Below, piece by piece: positions 38,738-48,557 of a stretch of 64,000 nucleotides of DNA. The stretch lies in sequence record PQ287642.1; one strand, given 5' to 3'. The notes beneath the pieces were generated by a model, which searched no databases, had not been told where the DNA came from, and worked only from the letters and a program-made list of their open reading frames with translations. A program made the position numbers and the translations under genes. Position 1 is the stretch's first letter. The number at the start of each line of letters is the position of its first letter.

Positions 38738-39262
38738 TTACTTGTGGTATTCTGGGAAGAGAAGACGGGATTCTTCTCGGTATGTAACAACAAGCGATTC
38801 CAGCTTACTGAGAATCTCAGCCATGTTGAGATACGCATCGCGGCTAGCTTTATGTTGTTCATACATAGGATCGAATACACCAATCGATTCCATTTCGGAG
38901 TCTAGTTGAATGGCTTTGTCCAATGCCTCGTCAGAAATCATAAAGATCTGACGACCTTCCATCGCCACCTTCAATTGCATTTCGAGGATACGGTTGTAAC
39001 CTTTGCGGAAGAACTCGGGGCTACCATCATATCCTCGTGCAACAGCACGGCGGAAAAGTTCAGGATCGACTGGGATATCAGTAGCTACCCCATTATGAGG
39101 TCCGACCACGAATCGACGTCCGCAGCTATCTACACCGATAAACAGTGTAGTGCCTTCCATTTCTTTTTCGAGGGTAAGTACCCAGCCAGGATGATAGGTT
39201 ACATTCGGATTATCCTGCGTGCGCAGTGTGGTGGTTGTATAGAACTGATCACCTACTTTCAT
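38738..39262 (-). CDS. Hypothetical protein (SH3-like N-terminus plus helical C-terminus)
   Basis: GAGG SD. Confidence 0.7.
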   Translation of the reverse strand: MKVGDQFYTTTTLRTQDNPNVTYHPGWVLTLEKEMEGTTLFIGVDSCGRRFVVGPHNGVATDIPVDPELFRRAVARGYDGSPEFFRKGYNRILEMQLKVAMEGRQIFMISDEALDKAIQLDSEMESIGVFDPMYEQHKASRDAYLNMAEILSKLESLVVTYREESRLLFPEYHK

Positions 39263-39276
39263 TTTCGAATCCTCTA

Positions 39277-39474
39277 TTAATGAATGACAATCTGACTACG
39301 GGAGGCATAGAACGATACAGCTTCAGGATCACTCGATAGAACAACCTCGTAAGTGTCCCCGCTTACCTTACGAATGATCTTGAGTTCATCACCTTTATTT
39401 GCCATTATTAAACCAGGCCCACTATCACTAACGTTGGCAGTGATGTTTTCCAGAGCAGTAGCTTTAACACTCAT
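39277..39474 (-). CDS. Small SH3-like protein
   Basis: ANKGDELKII shared with ANEGDDLEII of 39506. Confidence 0.65.
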   Translation of the reverse strand: MSVKATALENITANVSDSGPGLIMANKGDELKIIRKVSGDTYEVVLSSDPEAVSFYASRSQIVIH

Positions 39475-39505
39475 GGTTTATTCCTCTTGATCGAGATAAC
39501 TATGT

Positions 39506-39805
39506 TTATTTGCCATAGTCGTTGAATGTATCTTCCATCTCACTAAATGGGATGGTTTCAATCTGATTGAAATTATCATGGTTGATTACCCGGAAACCAC
39601 CAGCTGGATTATCTACATCCTCGCAAATGATTTCAAGGTCATCACCTTCATTGGCATACTTTGTTTCGGTATAACCTTTTTCTCTATCAGTACGGGTAAT
39701 AAAGATATCCCTGGCCGCCTGCAATACCATGCCTTTAACGACATCGTTCTTTGCCAGGTTAGCACTAAGTTTCATTGTATCACTAATGAGAGTACTGAAG
39801 TTCAT
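39506..39805 (-). CDS. Small SH3-like protein
   Basis: Shared motif as above. Confidence 0.65.
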   Translation of the reverse strand: MNFSTLISDTMKLSANLAKNDVVKGMVLQAARDIFITRTDREKGYTETKYANEGDDLEIICEDVDNPAGGFRVINHDNFNQIETIPFSEMEDTFNDYGK

Positions 39806-39915
39806 TTCTTTTTACCTTTCGCTTTATCTGTCACTACATCTTTACGCTCTCTCCATTTTTGGTCGAGTATCGTGTTGATGATATATTTTTGTTTACTTGT
39901 TGTAACTTGTTGCAT
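39802..39915 (-). CDS. 37-aa basic microprotein (not in ORF track)
   Basis: MQQVTTSKQKYIINTILDQKWRERKDVVTDKAKGKKK; ATGA overlap with the next gene. Confidence 0.6.
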   Translation of the reverse strand: MQQVTTSKQKYIINTILDQKWRERKDVVTDKAKGKKK

Positions 39916-39916
39916 T

Positions 39917-40273
39917 TTACACCGTTGAAGCAATTACAGCGACAGAGATTAGTTCACGTTGGAAACGATTTGCATCGGGCCATTTCAGAGTGTGATTTGC
40001 ATGTGCATTGATCTCACCCGTGGAACGATCAACCCAAACAGTGAGGTAACGGCGATCCCGTCCCTCGAAGATACAGTTTACAACAAACAGACGTTCATCG
40101 TTTGCGTTATCCCTCAGTTCAGCTTTGAAGTCGAAACGATTGTTGAAAGCATCAACGATAGCATTCGTTGCAGCTTCAGTCGTTACACCAGCCTTATGTT
40201 GTTGATCGTAATAAATACGCATGACGCTAGTTACAGCCGCATTACGTGATTCACGGATCAGTATATCTTTCAT
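39917..40273 (-). CDS. Hypothetical early protein
   Basis: First ORF after the early promoter at 40300. Confidence 0.75.
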   Translation of the reverse strand: MKDILIRESRNAAVTSVMRIYYDQQHKAGVTTEAATNAIVDAFNNRFDFKAELRDNANDERLFVVNCIFEGRDRRYLTVWVDRSTGEINAHANHTLKWPDANRFQRELISVAVIASTV

Positions 40274-40299
40274 TACATGTTCCCCGGTTGACCAAGCTT

Positions 40300-40307
40300 G
40301 TAATATA
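40300..40307 (-). promoter_or_regulatory. Early promoter TATATTAC
   Basis: Exact match just after terminator 40333. Confidence 0.8.
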
Positions 40308-40366
40308 GGCTTTTAAAACAATTGAATGTAACGACATAATGCTCTCCCCGAAGGGAGAGCTATATG

Positions 40367-40807
40367 TTAAGCTACCAAAGAGAACTTAACTCCGATAATC
40401 GGAGATTCCCGATCGATCTTGATCACAGCACGACCAGTAACACCATCGACTTCGAAGGTAGTTCCCCACCGCAGTCCGTCCATCTTGGATACCATACCAA
40501 AACGGAAAAGACCATCGCGACGAATTTCGATAGGATCGTGTTCGGTGACTTTGTGGAATAGAATATTATCACCCGAATCAACGTAGGCGACTTCTTCAAT
40601 CTTCAGTTTACGAATGTCTTCATCACCACCGCAGAGTGCAAAGATATTGAACGTGGAATCCACCTTCACATAACTAGACAGAACCGAACCAACACCTTCT
40701 ATATCAACCCGATAAACAGGCATACGTAGATGTTGTGCGAAGTGCTTATCGCTCTTACCCATTTGGTAAAGCGGTACACGGATAGAACTAGAGACTTTCT
40801 CAGTCAT
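40367..40807 (-). CDS. Hypothetical beta-rich protein
   Basis: GGAG SD, coupled. Confidence 0.7.
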   Translation of the reverse strand: MTEKVSSSIRVPLYQMGKSDKHFAQHLRMPVYRVDIEGVGSVLSSYVKVDSTFNIFALCGGDEDIRKLKIEEVAYVDSGDNILFHKVTEHDPIEIRRDGLFRFGMVSKMDGLRWGTTFEVDGVTGRAVIKIDRESPIIGVKFSLVA

Positions 40808-41214
40808 CAGTATTCTCCAAATTTGAAATTGAAGCTAATGGGTTTATCAGATCGCGTTCTAATGACTCGAACAAATTCATTCAATGAAGTTTCAATGACA
40901 TAATAGAACGAGGACTGATATATCAAATCTTCCCTATAGCGTTGATCTAGTATAACCATGTCATTAGAAAGATAGACATAAAATGTCGAATCTAAGCTAT
41001 CGACCACAACAGGATTCGAACAGACCGGAGTCGTTTTTATACCGTCATGTGAGTATCCTACTACTTCTATATTCACGCGCTTATTATTCACTACAAGAGG
41101 ACGATGAATAATAATCATTACCCAAGTTAGTAGTAATGCAGTCATGAATAATAGAAAAGATAACTCAATGAGAGTTTTATCCATACGGAATCTCCGTGTT
41201 AGATTGTCCTCCAA
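40807..41214 (-). CDS. Single-pass membrane protein
   Basis: N-terminal TM helix. Confidence 0.65.
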   Translation of the reverse strand: MEDNLTRRFRMDKTLIELSFLLFMTALLLTWVMIIIHRPLVVNNKRVNIEVVGYSHDGIKTTPVCSNPVVVDSLDSTFYVYLSNDMVILDQRYREDLIYQSSFYYVIETSLNEFVRVIRTRSDKPISFNFKFGEY

Positions 41215-41603
41215 TCAATAACGTTATTGTTACCCTTCAAATCGAATTCCTCGAATTTATAAGCACCACCGCCTCTTAACCAGACTTGGTGATATTTGAA
41301 GTACAGGGTATCAGCATCGTTGGAGATTAAATCTATCTCCAGATTGGTAAGGTTTTTGTGGTAGGTCACTTCACCATTTCTAACTACAACATAGAACTGG
41401 TTTCTACCATCACGCAGCCCATAGCAATTACCTTTATTTTTAATTGGTATTTTGCGACTCACTGCACCTCGGACATGTAGTACATTTACGACGAAATGTT
41501 TCCTGATCCTAAATACAAAACGAACGACTGTATAAGCAAGTGCAATTACCGCAACTATGATGCATAAGTTAACCAGTGTTTCAATAAACATTGATAACCT
41601 CAT
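41199..41603 (-). CDS. Single-pass membrane protein
   Basis: N-terminal TM helix. Confidence 0.65.
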   Translation of the reverse strand: MRLSMFIETLVNLCIIVAVIALAYTVVRFVFRIRKHFVVNVLHVRGAVSRKIPIKNKGNCYGLRDGRNQFYVVVRNGEVTYHKNLTNLEIDLISNDADTLYFKYHQVWLRGGGAYKFEEFDLKGNNNVIDWRTI

Positions 41604-41860
41604 TGAATATTAAGTTGGCGTGCAAGACCATGGTTAGATGGGATTTCAACCACATCAAGATCAATGTTGTCTTTCACCCGATAAACCCGTTCTAGAACAC
41701 CACTCATATTGCATTCGAAACGAAGACCCGAGTCAGGATGAATTCCTAGTGACACCCAACTGGTATCATCATCCAGCGAAAACGTAAACTTGTTCTGAGT
41801 TTCCATTTTCTGTACCAGCCATTCGCCTTCGTTTTTTACCAGTTTGATGTTAGAATTCAT
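41600..41860 (-). CDS. Hypothetical protein
   Basis: GGAG SD. Confidence 0.7.
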   Translation of the reverse strand: MNSNIKLVKNEGEWLVQKMETQNKFTFSLDDDTSWVSLGIHPDSGLRFECNMSGVLERVYRVKDNIDLDVVEIPSNHGLARQLNIQ

Positions 41861-41862
41861 GT

Positions 41863-42285
41863 CTATTCTCCGGGTAATTTTACGACCTTATAAACAGACT
41901 GACCATTGTCATGTGTCTCATTAGTCGTATGTTCATCTAAATAGAGATAAGCTATCTGCACAGCTTTGCTAATGGTATCGGCCCAGATGCACAAGGTTTT
42001 AGTTCGATATGTTTGTTTTTCCCACGAGTACTTTTTAGGTTCTTTGTAGGTAAGCTCGATGCTAAGCGATACGAATTGCTTCGTAGCCTTAGCGGATTCA
42101 AACATAGTCTTCTGGTCTTCATCAGACACCAAGAGTTTATTGGCATCGATGAAGGATCCATAATAGCAACTACGGCCACATAGCATTTGTGTCAGAGTGG
42201 CCTTTCCATTATAATGGCGAGGCTCTATCTCTACACGCCAACTCCAGTCCAATAGCTTCTTTATCTTTTCGTCGAGTTCAGTCAT
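41863..42285 (-). CDS. Hypothetical protein
   Basis: Coupled ORF. Confidence 0.7.
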   Translation of the reverse strand: MTELDEKIKKLLDWSWRVEIEPRHYNGKATLTQMLCGRSCYYGSFIDANKLLVSDEDQKTMFESAKATKQFVSLSIELTYKEPKKYSWEKQTYRTKTLCIWADTISKAVQIAYLYLDEHTTNETHDNGQSVYKVVKLPGE

Positions 42286-42641
42286 TATGGCATCTCAAAT
42301 TGAATGGTGACCATAGATTTTTCAGGGTTGTATTCGATGTAGGGGTTGACATAACCCAAACGGAAAAGCCATTGCCGGAGTTCTTGATAGTCTGCCATGT
42401 TCCACGGCATACTACCCATACTGACGCGATAGACCAGACCTTTAGTGTGGTCATCGAGTTTCCAGTTCTCCGGTTCCAATACACCAGACCGAATAATAAT
42501 GCGCGTTTGATCAACGACATTGAACATTTCTGGATTAGCTTCGCGTACCTTACGGAATGCTTCAGAAGCCTTACTCGTGTTGTCGAAGTGAGACAACGAC
42601 TCGGGGAGTGAACCCCAACCTTGTTTAACTTGCATTTTCAA
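42285..42641 (-). CDS. Hypothetical protein
   Basis: Coupled ORF. Confidence 0.7.
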   Translation of the reverse strand: MKMQVKQGWGSLPESLSHFDNTSKASEAFRKVREANPEMFNVVDQTRIIIRSGVLEPENWKLDDHTKGLVYRVSMGSMPWNMADYQELRQWLFRLGYVNPYIEYNPEKSMVTIQFEMP

Positions 42642-42689
42642 GACCCTAAAGAAAAATGTATAGAAAGGGGACCCGAAGGTCCCCTGTCA

Positions 42690-43163
42690 TTAGTTCAGAG
42701 AAGTGCGATGAGCGTACTCGAAGGTATCGACACCATCAACCATGTTGAATACAGCGATGATCGCGCTCATGGGTTTCTTGCCCATGTTGAAGTGAACGAT
42801 GAAGCTGTCTTTGTAACACTCGATGGAACGGATGCCATAAACGACATTGATGCGATCGATTTGGTTACGAATAACCAGCGCTTCCTCATCGGTCATATTT
42901 TCGATGTAGTTCTCGATCAGCTGGAACACCCGCTCATCGCCCAGGATCAGATTTTTACGTTCGACTTCCACCGGAGCGAAGGTCAGTAGGTGAGGCATGA
43001 ATTCCGGAAGAGCCTCCACGTTGAACAACAGCTTGTCGTCCATCAGAGGAGTTGCACGATACAGATCCGACAGGACGATATTACCACCCACGATCTCGAT
43101 TTTGTTTTCTTGAGCCAGAGTGGAAGCGAGGCGGCGATCAGCAGTATTATTAGAACCGAACAT
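42690..43163 (-). CDS. Hypothetical protein
   Basis: AAGGA SD; codon usage looks highly expressed. Confidence 0.75.
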   Translation of the reverse strand: MFGSNNTADRRLASTLAQENKIEIVGGNIVLSDLYRATPLMDDKLLFNVEALPEFMPHLLTFAPVEVERKNLILGDERVFQLIENYIENMTDEEALVIRNQIDRINVVYGIRSIECYKDSFIVHFNMGKKPMSAIIAVFNMVDGVDTFEYAHRTSLN

Positions 43164-43205
43164 TACATTTTCCTTTTTAGTTAATCAGTAGATTGGGATT
43201 CCGGG

Positions 43206-43802
43206 TTAGACTTCCCAGGTGTCTTTCCAGCGAGTTACAGGAAGTTGGAACATCTCACAGAGTTTAGTTACTGCACGATGTTCCAGGTTATTTTCTGGAT
43301 GGAATGTGATGGGGCTCATCGAACAACCCCAGTCAACACGACAGCCAGTTTCTTTATGGATTTCACTGAGAGCGGTATAAGAACCACTGCCATCATCGTA
43401 ACCCATTTTGTACGGGTTAACGCAGATCTGGGTATTACGCTTCATCAGAACCTTATCAACTTCAATCGACAAGAGTCGGACGAATTCGTTGGTTTTCTCG
43501 ATGTCATCAACCCAGAATTCCAGAAGGATCCATTTTCCACGTGGGTCATTATGACCGCCTTGGAAGAATACACTGAAACCTTGTTTTGCTTGATAGAACG
43601 GAGAGGACATCAGGTTACATGTAACAACCCGATGAACAGCTTCCCATACACGCTCGGTGACATAGTCACCATAGAGTTCAATGCATGGACCACGACCAGG
43701 GAAACTTTCCTTTTCAGCGAATTTGAGTTCGAACATGTTATTCTCCCGAGCGATAGCGGTTGTAACGAACCCAGTTTCCATCACCCGGCCGCTGGAATTC
43801 AA
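43206..43802 (-). CDS. Hypothetical protein
   Basis: Overlaps the phosphatase; true start uncertain. Confidence 0.65.
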   Translation of the reverse strand: MNSSGRVMETGFVTTAIARENNMFELKFAEKESFPGRGPCIELYGDYVTERVWEAVHRVVTCNLMSSPFYQAKQGFSVFFQGGHNDPRGKWILLEFWVDDIEKTNEFVRLLSIEVDKVLMKRNTQICVNPYKMGYDDGSGSYTALSEIHKETGCRVDWGCSMSPITFHPENNLEHRAVTKLCEMFQLPVTRWKDTWEV

Positions 43803-44130
43803 TGGTATCCATCATGTGGTAACCGAAGTGTTCAATGATCCACAGAGCTACTTGCTTGGAACGCTTCATGCCCATTTCACAATGGACAACGATATTTTCG
43901 CCATTACAGGCTTTCACCCATTCGACGAGCTCTGCATTACGGCTATTGATGGGATTATCGAATCCATCAATCTCGAAGACATTGACACCGTCATCGATAC
44001 CGTAATTATCAGCACGGTTGTATTCGATACTGATCAGATTGGTACCGGGATTAACGGCACACCCAACACCACGTGGAACATAGATAACGCCTTTACGCTT
44101 ACGAGTAACCTTTACAGATACGATACTCAT
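43738..44130 (-). CDS. Tyrosine/dual-specificity phosphatase-like protein
   Basis: VHCEMGMKRS = HCxxGxxRS catalytic loop. Confidence 0.75.
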   Translation of the reverse strand: MSIVSVKVTRKRKGVIYVPRGVGCAVNPGTNLISIEYNRADNYGIDDGVNVFEIDGFDNPINSRNAELVEWVKACNGENIVVHCEMGMKRSKQVALWIIEHFGYHMMDTIEFQRPGDGNWVRYNRYRSGE

Positions 44131-44363
44131 TTGGAATCAACCTCGCGCAGTGCTTGAATCAGTTTTTCTTTGGCTTCTACGCTGGAACCCCAGCATTCGA
44201 TCACGTCGTAGCCGTGCCCATCTTTCTTCATGAAAGCACGTGCATCATGTCCGAGTTTACCAGCCACATGCATGTTGTAAGCCTGGAAGCGCTCGGGTGT
44301 CATGGTAACCGGATCCAGATGGATGATGGTAACCATATCGTTCAGGATGTTGTAAGTCAGCAT
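44127..44363 (-). CDS. Hypothetical protein
   Basis: AAGGA SD. Confidence 0.7.
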   Translation of the reverse strand: MLTYNILNDMVTIIHLDPVTMTPERFQAYNMHVAGKLGHDARAFMKKDGHGYDVIECWGSSVEAKEKLIQALREVDSK

Positions 44364-44377
44364 TTTGAATTTTCCTT

Positions 44378-44983
44378 TTAAATATTAGTGGTGTAGTGGC
44401 GAACGACACTATGTGTACGCTCTGCGGTTTTTCGGAGAACACTGAAGTTAACGACATCATGATCGTTGAAAACTCCAGTTTTGATGATTTCGGTTACGGA
44501 TGCCATCTCGCATGCGAGTCCAAGGCGAGCGATAATCATGTCAGCATGTCCAAGATTATTGAAGTTACATGCCTTACTGATATCCGATGTGAAGTGAAGA
44601 GAATTGGGATCATCTCCAACAGTGAGAAACACAAATTTGTTCCCAGCCGAGATCTCGATGATAAGTTCATCATCACCGTTTTTGTCTTCCAGTAGCTCAT
44701 AAAGCTCATGGTATTTGATGCACCCTTGTACCCGCCCGAGTTCGATCTCGGTGTTACCATACCAGGTAGCTTTAGCGAGTTGCATGAAATTCATCGCGGA
44801 ATAGAAATCCACGAACACAGCACCGTAACGACGAACATCGTCTACATCGAAATCATTAGCTAGTTGATTATGGACGATGAACACAGGTACGTTAAAAATG
44901 AAATCAACGTACAGGTGAAGCTCACATGCAGACGGAATACCATCGATGGTATTGCTCAGAATTTCTTTTCGCAATTGTTTCAT
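44378..44983 (-). CDS. Hypothetical early protein with internal repeat
   Basis: Directly after the tandem early promoters. Confidence 0.75.
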   Translation of the reverse strand: MKQLRKEILSNTIDGIPSACELHLYVDFIFNVPVFIVHNQLANDFDVDDVRRYGAVFVDFYSAMNFMQLAKATWYGNTEIELGRVQGCIKYHELYELLEDKNGDDELIIEISAGNKFVFLTVGDDPNSLHFTSDISKACNFNNLGHADMIIARLGLACEMASVTEIIKTGVFNDHDVVNFSVLRKTAERTHSVVRHYTTNI

Positions 44984-45010
44984 TGTACTATCCTTTTTAC
45001 ATGGTGGAAT

Positions 45011-45100
45011 ATCACATTTGTAATATAGGGATTTAAAAGGTTTAAATATAACCTTCTATTATCACAGTTGTAATATAGGCTTTTAATGCGTTTAAATATA
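45011..45100 (-). promoter_or_regulatory. Tandem duplicated early promoter (TATATTAC at 45020-27 and 45070-77)
   Basis: 50-bp period imperfect direct repeat ATCACAnTTGTAATATAGG...TTTAAATATA. Confidence 0.85.
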
Positions 45101-45147
45101 AAAGAAAAAAGGACATAACGCCTCTCCCGAAGGAGAGGCAATTATGT

Positions 45148-45555
45148 TTACTCACCAACGTCGGGTTCGGTTTCGCCGCCAGTCTCCGGAGGAGTACCGC
45201 CAGTGCCACCATTCTCACCTTCGTTATCGCCACCTTCACCCGGTTCAGGTTCTACCGGAGCTTCCGGTTGTTCTTCAACATAGAAGCTAACGAACATCTC
45301 ATTTCCATTCTTGATTTCAACGGAAACGGATTTCCAACCGGCATCTTCAATCGCTTTCTTTAGAGCAGCAACGGAAGTTTCAGCAATGGTGACATTACGG
45401 AAATGACGGTGAACGAAATGGACAGCTTGTTCCGGATCGTTAAGGAAATCAACAGTCCCAGGAAGAGACAGATATTCGTTGATAGCATCTTCATACTGAG
45501 CAATCTCAGCATCGGACATAGCCTTGCCGGCTTCGTCCAGGGAATAAATCGCCAT
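45148..45555 (-). CDS. Hypothetical protein with acidic Gly/Pro-rich tail
   Basis: GGAG SD before MAIYS. Confidence 0.7.
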   Translation of the reverse strand: MAIYSLDEAGKAMSDAEIAQYEDAINEYLSLPGTVDFLNDPEQAVHFVHRHFRNVTIAETSVAALKKAIEDAGWKSVSVEIKNGNEMFVSFYVEEQPEAPVEPEPGEGGDNEGENGGTGGTPPETGGETEPDVGE

Positions 45556-45606
45556 TGGGTGATTCTCCATAGTCATGAACAGCGGTATTGCTGTACATAA
45601 CATCGG

Positions 45607-46038
45607 TCACTTCATAGCGATAATACCAAAGCCAAGTTCAGTCCGTACACCGGTTTGCCCCTCTGTAACCTGCTCTACTTTAACACTCCATTCAGGATCG
45701 CCAACCAAAGTAACTTCTAGAATAGAATGCGTATCTTCCCCTGCCATTCGGTATGCCGATTCAAGAGATTGGTATACTTCAATTGTTCTATCCTGACAGC
45801 AAAGAAACACAGTGCCTTGGGTATCTGGAAAGTCTAGATACATTCGACGGAAGTCTGAATAAGCAATAAGATTACTACCAACGTAGTGTGTCATACTACC
45901 AATAATGACACGTCGCTTTTCTTTCTTTTTTGGTTTCTCTTTCTTACTTGTTTCAGATGGCAATGTTAACCAAATTAAACCAGCTAGAATTAAAAGAATA
46001 ATAGCTGATGTCGGTATAGTAAATGGCATACCTTTCAC
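45607..46038 (-). CDS. Single-pass membrane protein
   Basis: TM helix followed by a Lys-rich linker. Confidence 0.7.
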   Translation of the reverse strand: MKGMPFTIPTSAIILLILAGLIWLTLPSETSKKEKPKKKEKRRVIIGSMTHYVGSNLIAYSDFRRMYLDFPDTQGTVFLCCQDRTIEVYQSLESAYRMAGEDTHSILEVTLVGDPEWSVKVEQVTEGQTGVRTELGFGIIAMK

Positions 46039-46091
46039 CTAAAAATTAAACGTAAAAAAAGCTGTCCCCGTAGGGACAGCCTTATGTCAGA

Positions 46092-46442
46092 TCAGTTGTT
46101 GACAGTGGCCCAGTAGGATGCTGCCAGATCAATCTCCAGAGTATTAGGAGCGACTTCAACAGTCTGAGATTCACCACTCTCATTAACGATGAACTTTGGT
46201 ACCAGATGGAAATCATTCTGGATACCAGCCATGGTACCAGCGATAGCTCGATCGATAAACGTCGAATGCACCTTGACTGCTTCAGCTTCAACATCGAGAC
46301 CTTTAAGAAGATCTGCTTTAAGATCCTCGCAATACTTCAGTACAGAAGCACCAGCATTGGTCAGAGATGCATGTTGTTCAATTACGTTTTCTACAGGTTC
46401 CATTTTCATATCCTTAATTAGAGAGAAGGTATAGCTGCGCAC
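46092..46442 (-). CDS. Hypothetical protein
   Basis: AAGGA SD before MKMEPV. Confidence 0.65.
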   Translation of the reverse strand: MRSYTFSLIKDMKMEPVENVIEQHASLTNAGASVLKYCEDLKADLLKGLDVEAEAVKVHSTFIDRAIAGTMAGIQNDFHLVPKFIVNESGESQTVEVAPNTLEIDLAASYWATVNN

Positions 46443-46462
46443 CCTAAGATGCGCAGATTAAA

Positions 46463-47329
46463 TTACTTGCTGAATACACGATTGCTCATGCCAGTGCTGT
46501 TCAGTGCTTCATACGGAACGAAGATGGACGAGCCGGAGTTACCCAGACTGTTAGCCATTTTCTCTTGGACTTCCAGAGCACGATATTGCAGAAGCTTCTC
46601 GCTGATACCCGCAGCAACGATTTGGTTCTGATCACGCAGGGTACGTGCTTTAGTCAGCTCAACCTCACGATCAGCTTCGGCCAGTTTCAAGGCGTTAGTG
46701 CGTTTGGTCATTTCAATCGCTTGCTGGTTATTCTCGGTCTGAATAGCAAGTTCACGCTCAGCTTGTTTCTCAATAGCTTCAGTAATAACACTCGGATACT
46801 TCAGACTACCGAGAGTAACGTTAGATACTTCAAGCGGAGAATTTTTCATTGCTTCTTGGAGTTTGGCCAGAAGATCAGCAGTGATCTTATCGAAGTTTGC
46901 AGGAACTTCTTCGACTTTATATTTGCCGAGCACAGAACGAGAAACCGAGCTAACTACATCACGCCCGTAGATACTGTAAACTTGATCCAGGGTAACGATG
47001 TTGTCAACAACGGTGATCGAGTTGAACATGGCGTTGATAACTTGTTCGTTACCAGCAACGCGAGTACGGAAACTAACAGTAAAAGTCAGATCGAGTTTAT
47101 CTGCCATCTTTACAGTCAGTTGTTCGTTTTTGGTCTGAACCGAACCATCCAGCAGAATGAGTTGATCACGTCCATAGACAGTGAGTTTACCGGGTTCGAG
47201 AACTTCCGGGGAATAGCCGTTAACAGTGAGTAGCTTACCTTTGTGCGCTGGAGGAATAACCTCAAACGAACAACCGGTAACTGCGAGAGCGATCAGAATT
47301 GCAAAAACAAATTGGATGTACTTTTTCAT
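46463..47329 (-). CDS. SPFH/Band-7 domain lipoprotein
   Basis: Lipobox LAVTGC, IPPAHKG, SPFH core and coiled-coil tail. Confidence 0.85.
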   Translation of the reverse strand: MKKYIQFVFAILIALAVTGCSFEVIPPAHKGKLLTVNGYSPEVLEPGKLTVYGRDQLILLDGSVQTKNEQLTVKMADKLDLTFTVSFRTRVAGNEQVINAMFNSITVVDNIVTLDQVYSIYGRDVVSSVSRSVLGKYKVEEVPANFDKITADLLAKLQEAMKNSPLEVSNVTLGSLKYPSVITEAIEKQAERELAIQTENNQQAIEMTKRTNALKLAEADREVELTKARTLRDQNQIVAAGISEKLLQYRALEVQEKMANSLGNSGSSIFVPYEALNSTGMSNRVFSK

Positions 47330-47676
47330 TGCGCGTTTTCCTGTTTAGATTTCTTGAGTTGTTCGTCAAAAGAAGATTGAGCTTTCGACACATTATCTTG
47401 GGGTTTGGTAACTTTTTCCGGGATAGTTGATTGATCAACCAGCGGTGCATCGAATCGAGTTACCGCTGATTGTTTCACCGGAGTGGTAATTTGAAGCAGC
47501 GACAACTGGAAGAAGATTACGATGACCAAAGCGATGAGGAAGCGTTTTGCAAAACCAAGTTGTTTTACCCAGTTCTTTTTAGAGAACAGAATCCATCCCG
47601 CCAGACCAATCGAAATCAGTGTGAGGATTCCATAGAGGAATGGACTACCAATAATAACGATGTTTAGATTATGCAT
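47326..47676 (-). CDS. Two-TM membrane protein coupled to the SPFH gene
   Basis: Two hydrophobic helices; ATGA overlap. Confidence 0.7.
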   Translation of the reverse strand: MHNLNIVIIGSPFLYGILTLISIGLAGWILFSKKNWVKQLGFAKRFLIALVIVIFFQLSLLQITTPVKQSAVTRFDAPLVDQSTIPEKVTKPQDNVSKAQSSFDEQLKKSKQENAQ

Positions 47677-47683
47677 ACTTACC

Positions 47684-48028
47684 TCATTGATTAACGTGTT
47701 TGAAATATTGATCTGCTAAGGTATTGTTATTATCAGAAATAAGCCTAACACCAACAGTGCGATCAGTTACAGATTTACTCCGCTTGAGCTTAGAGTCATA
47801 ATCCCTGGAGCAACGATAGTTACCTGAACTCAGGAACCGAAGGGCCAGAAGGATACCTTCTTTAATTCCTTCATCGAACGCGTCTTGTTGTGCAGCGTCC
47901 GTGTAACGGAGCACATTTTCTCGGCTGAACGTTTCATGAGTTTCTGAAAACTCTTGGAGGAATAAGTCATTTGCTCTTAACCACTCTTTTGTAGGTTTAA
48001 AGGGACAATCATCTTTCGTATCAGTCAC
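47684..48028 (-). CDS. VN[TSQ]-tail family member 1
   Basis: Ends YFKHVNQ. Confidence 0.65.
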   Translation of the reverse strand: MTDTKDDCPFKPTKEWLRANDLFLQEFSETHETFSRENVLRYTDAAQQDAFDEGIKEGILLALRFLSSGNYRCSRDYDSKLKRSKSVTDRTVGVRLISDNNNTLADQYFKHVNQ

Positions 48029-48360
48029 GTGTTAACTCCCTCAAAAAGAGATTGCGTGAGATCAGGATACCACGGCGTACTAGTGAGGCGGATTTTACCC
48101 TCTTCATCGTACACATCACTACCGACGATCATGATTTGACCATGAGTCTGAATAGCATCGATAGTAGCCAAAGCAGCTTTTCTTGCAGTATCAGTGAAGA
48201 GTTTAGACATCATTCGTCCTTCGCCGTTATATGAAATATCAGCGAAACCTTCATTGATGATGCCATCTACCCGTTCGCGAATTTCATCTTGTAGGAATTT
48301 TGTTTTCCCGCTCTGAAATTCGTTATCATGGTAGGGGTATTCTACTTTCGCTTCTTCCAT
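48025..48360 (-). CDS. VN[TSQ]-tail family member 2
   Basis: Ends LFEGVNT. Confidence 0.65.
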   Translation of the reverse strand: MEEAKVEYPYHDNEFQSGKTKFLQDEIRERVDGIINEGFADISYNGEGRMMSKLFTDTARKAALATIDAIQTHGQIMIVGSDVYDEEGKIRLTSTPWYPDLTQSLFEGVNT

Positions 48361-48557
48361 ACATTCACCTCGGTTATGGAACTACGCTTCATTCGCCGCC
48401 TTAGCGATGATGCTGCTTTCTCTGTTGTCTCGGTCCAACCACCACCGAAGATGATGTGATCGCCGTTGATCTGTGTATGTAGTTCATGTGTAGCCATTAC
48501 GCCACTAAGACCACGAGATGCGTAATACTCGATAAGAGCGTTAGCCGGATCACTCAT
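48342..48557 (-). CDS. Hypothetical protein
   Basis: Coupled ORF. Confidence 0.6.
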   Translation of the reverse strand: MSDPANALIEYYASRGLSGVMATHELHTQINGDHIIFGGGWTETTEKAASSLRRRMKRSSITEVNVWKKRK

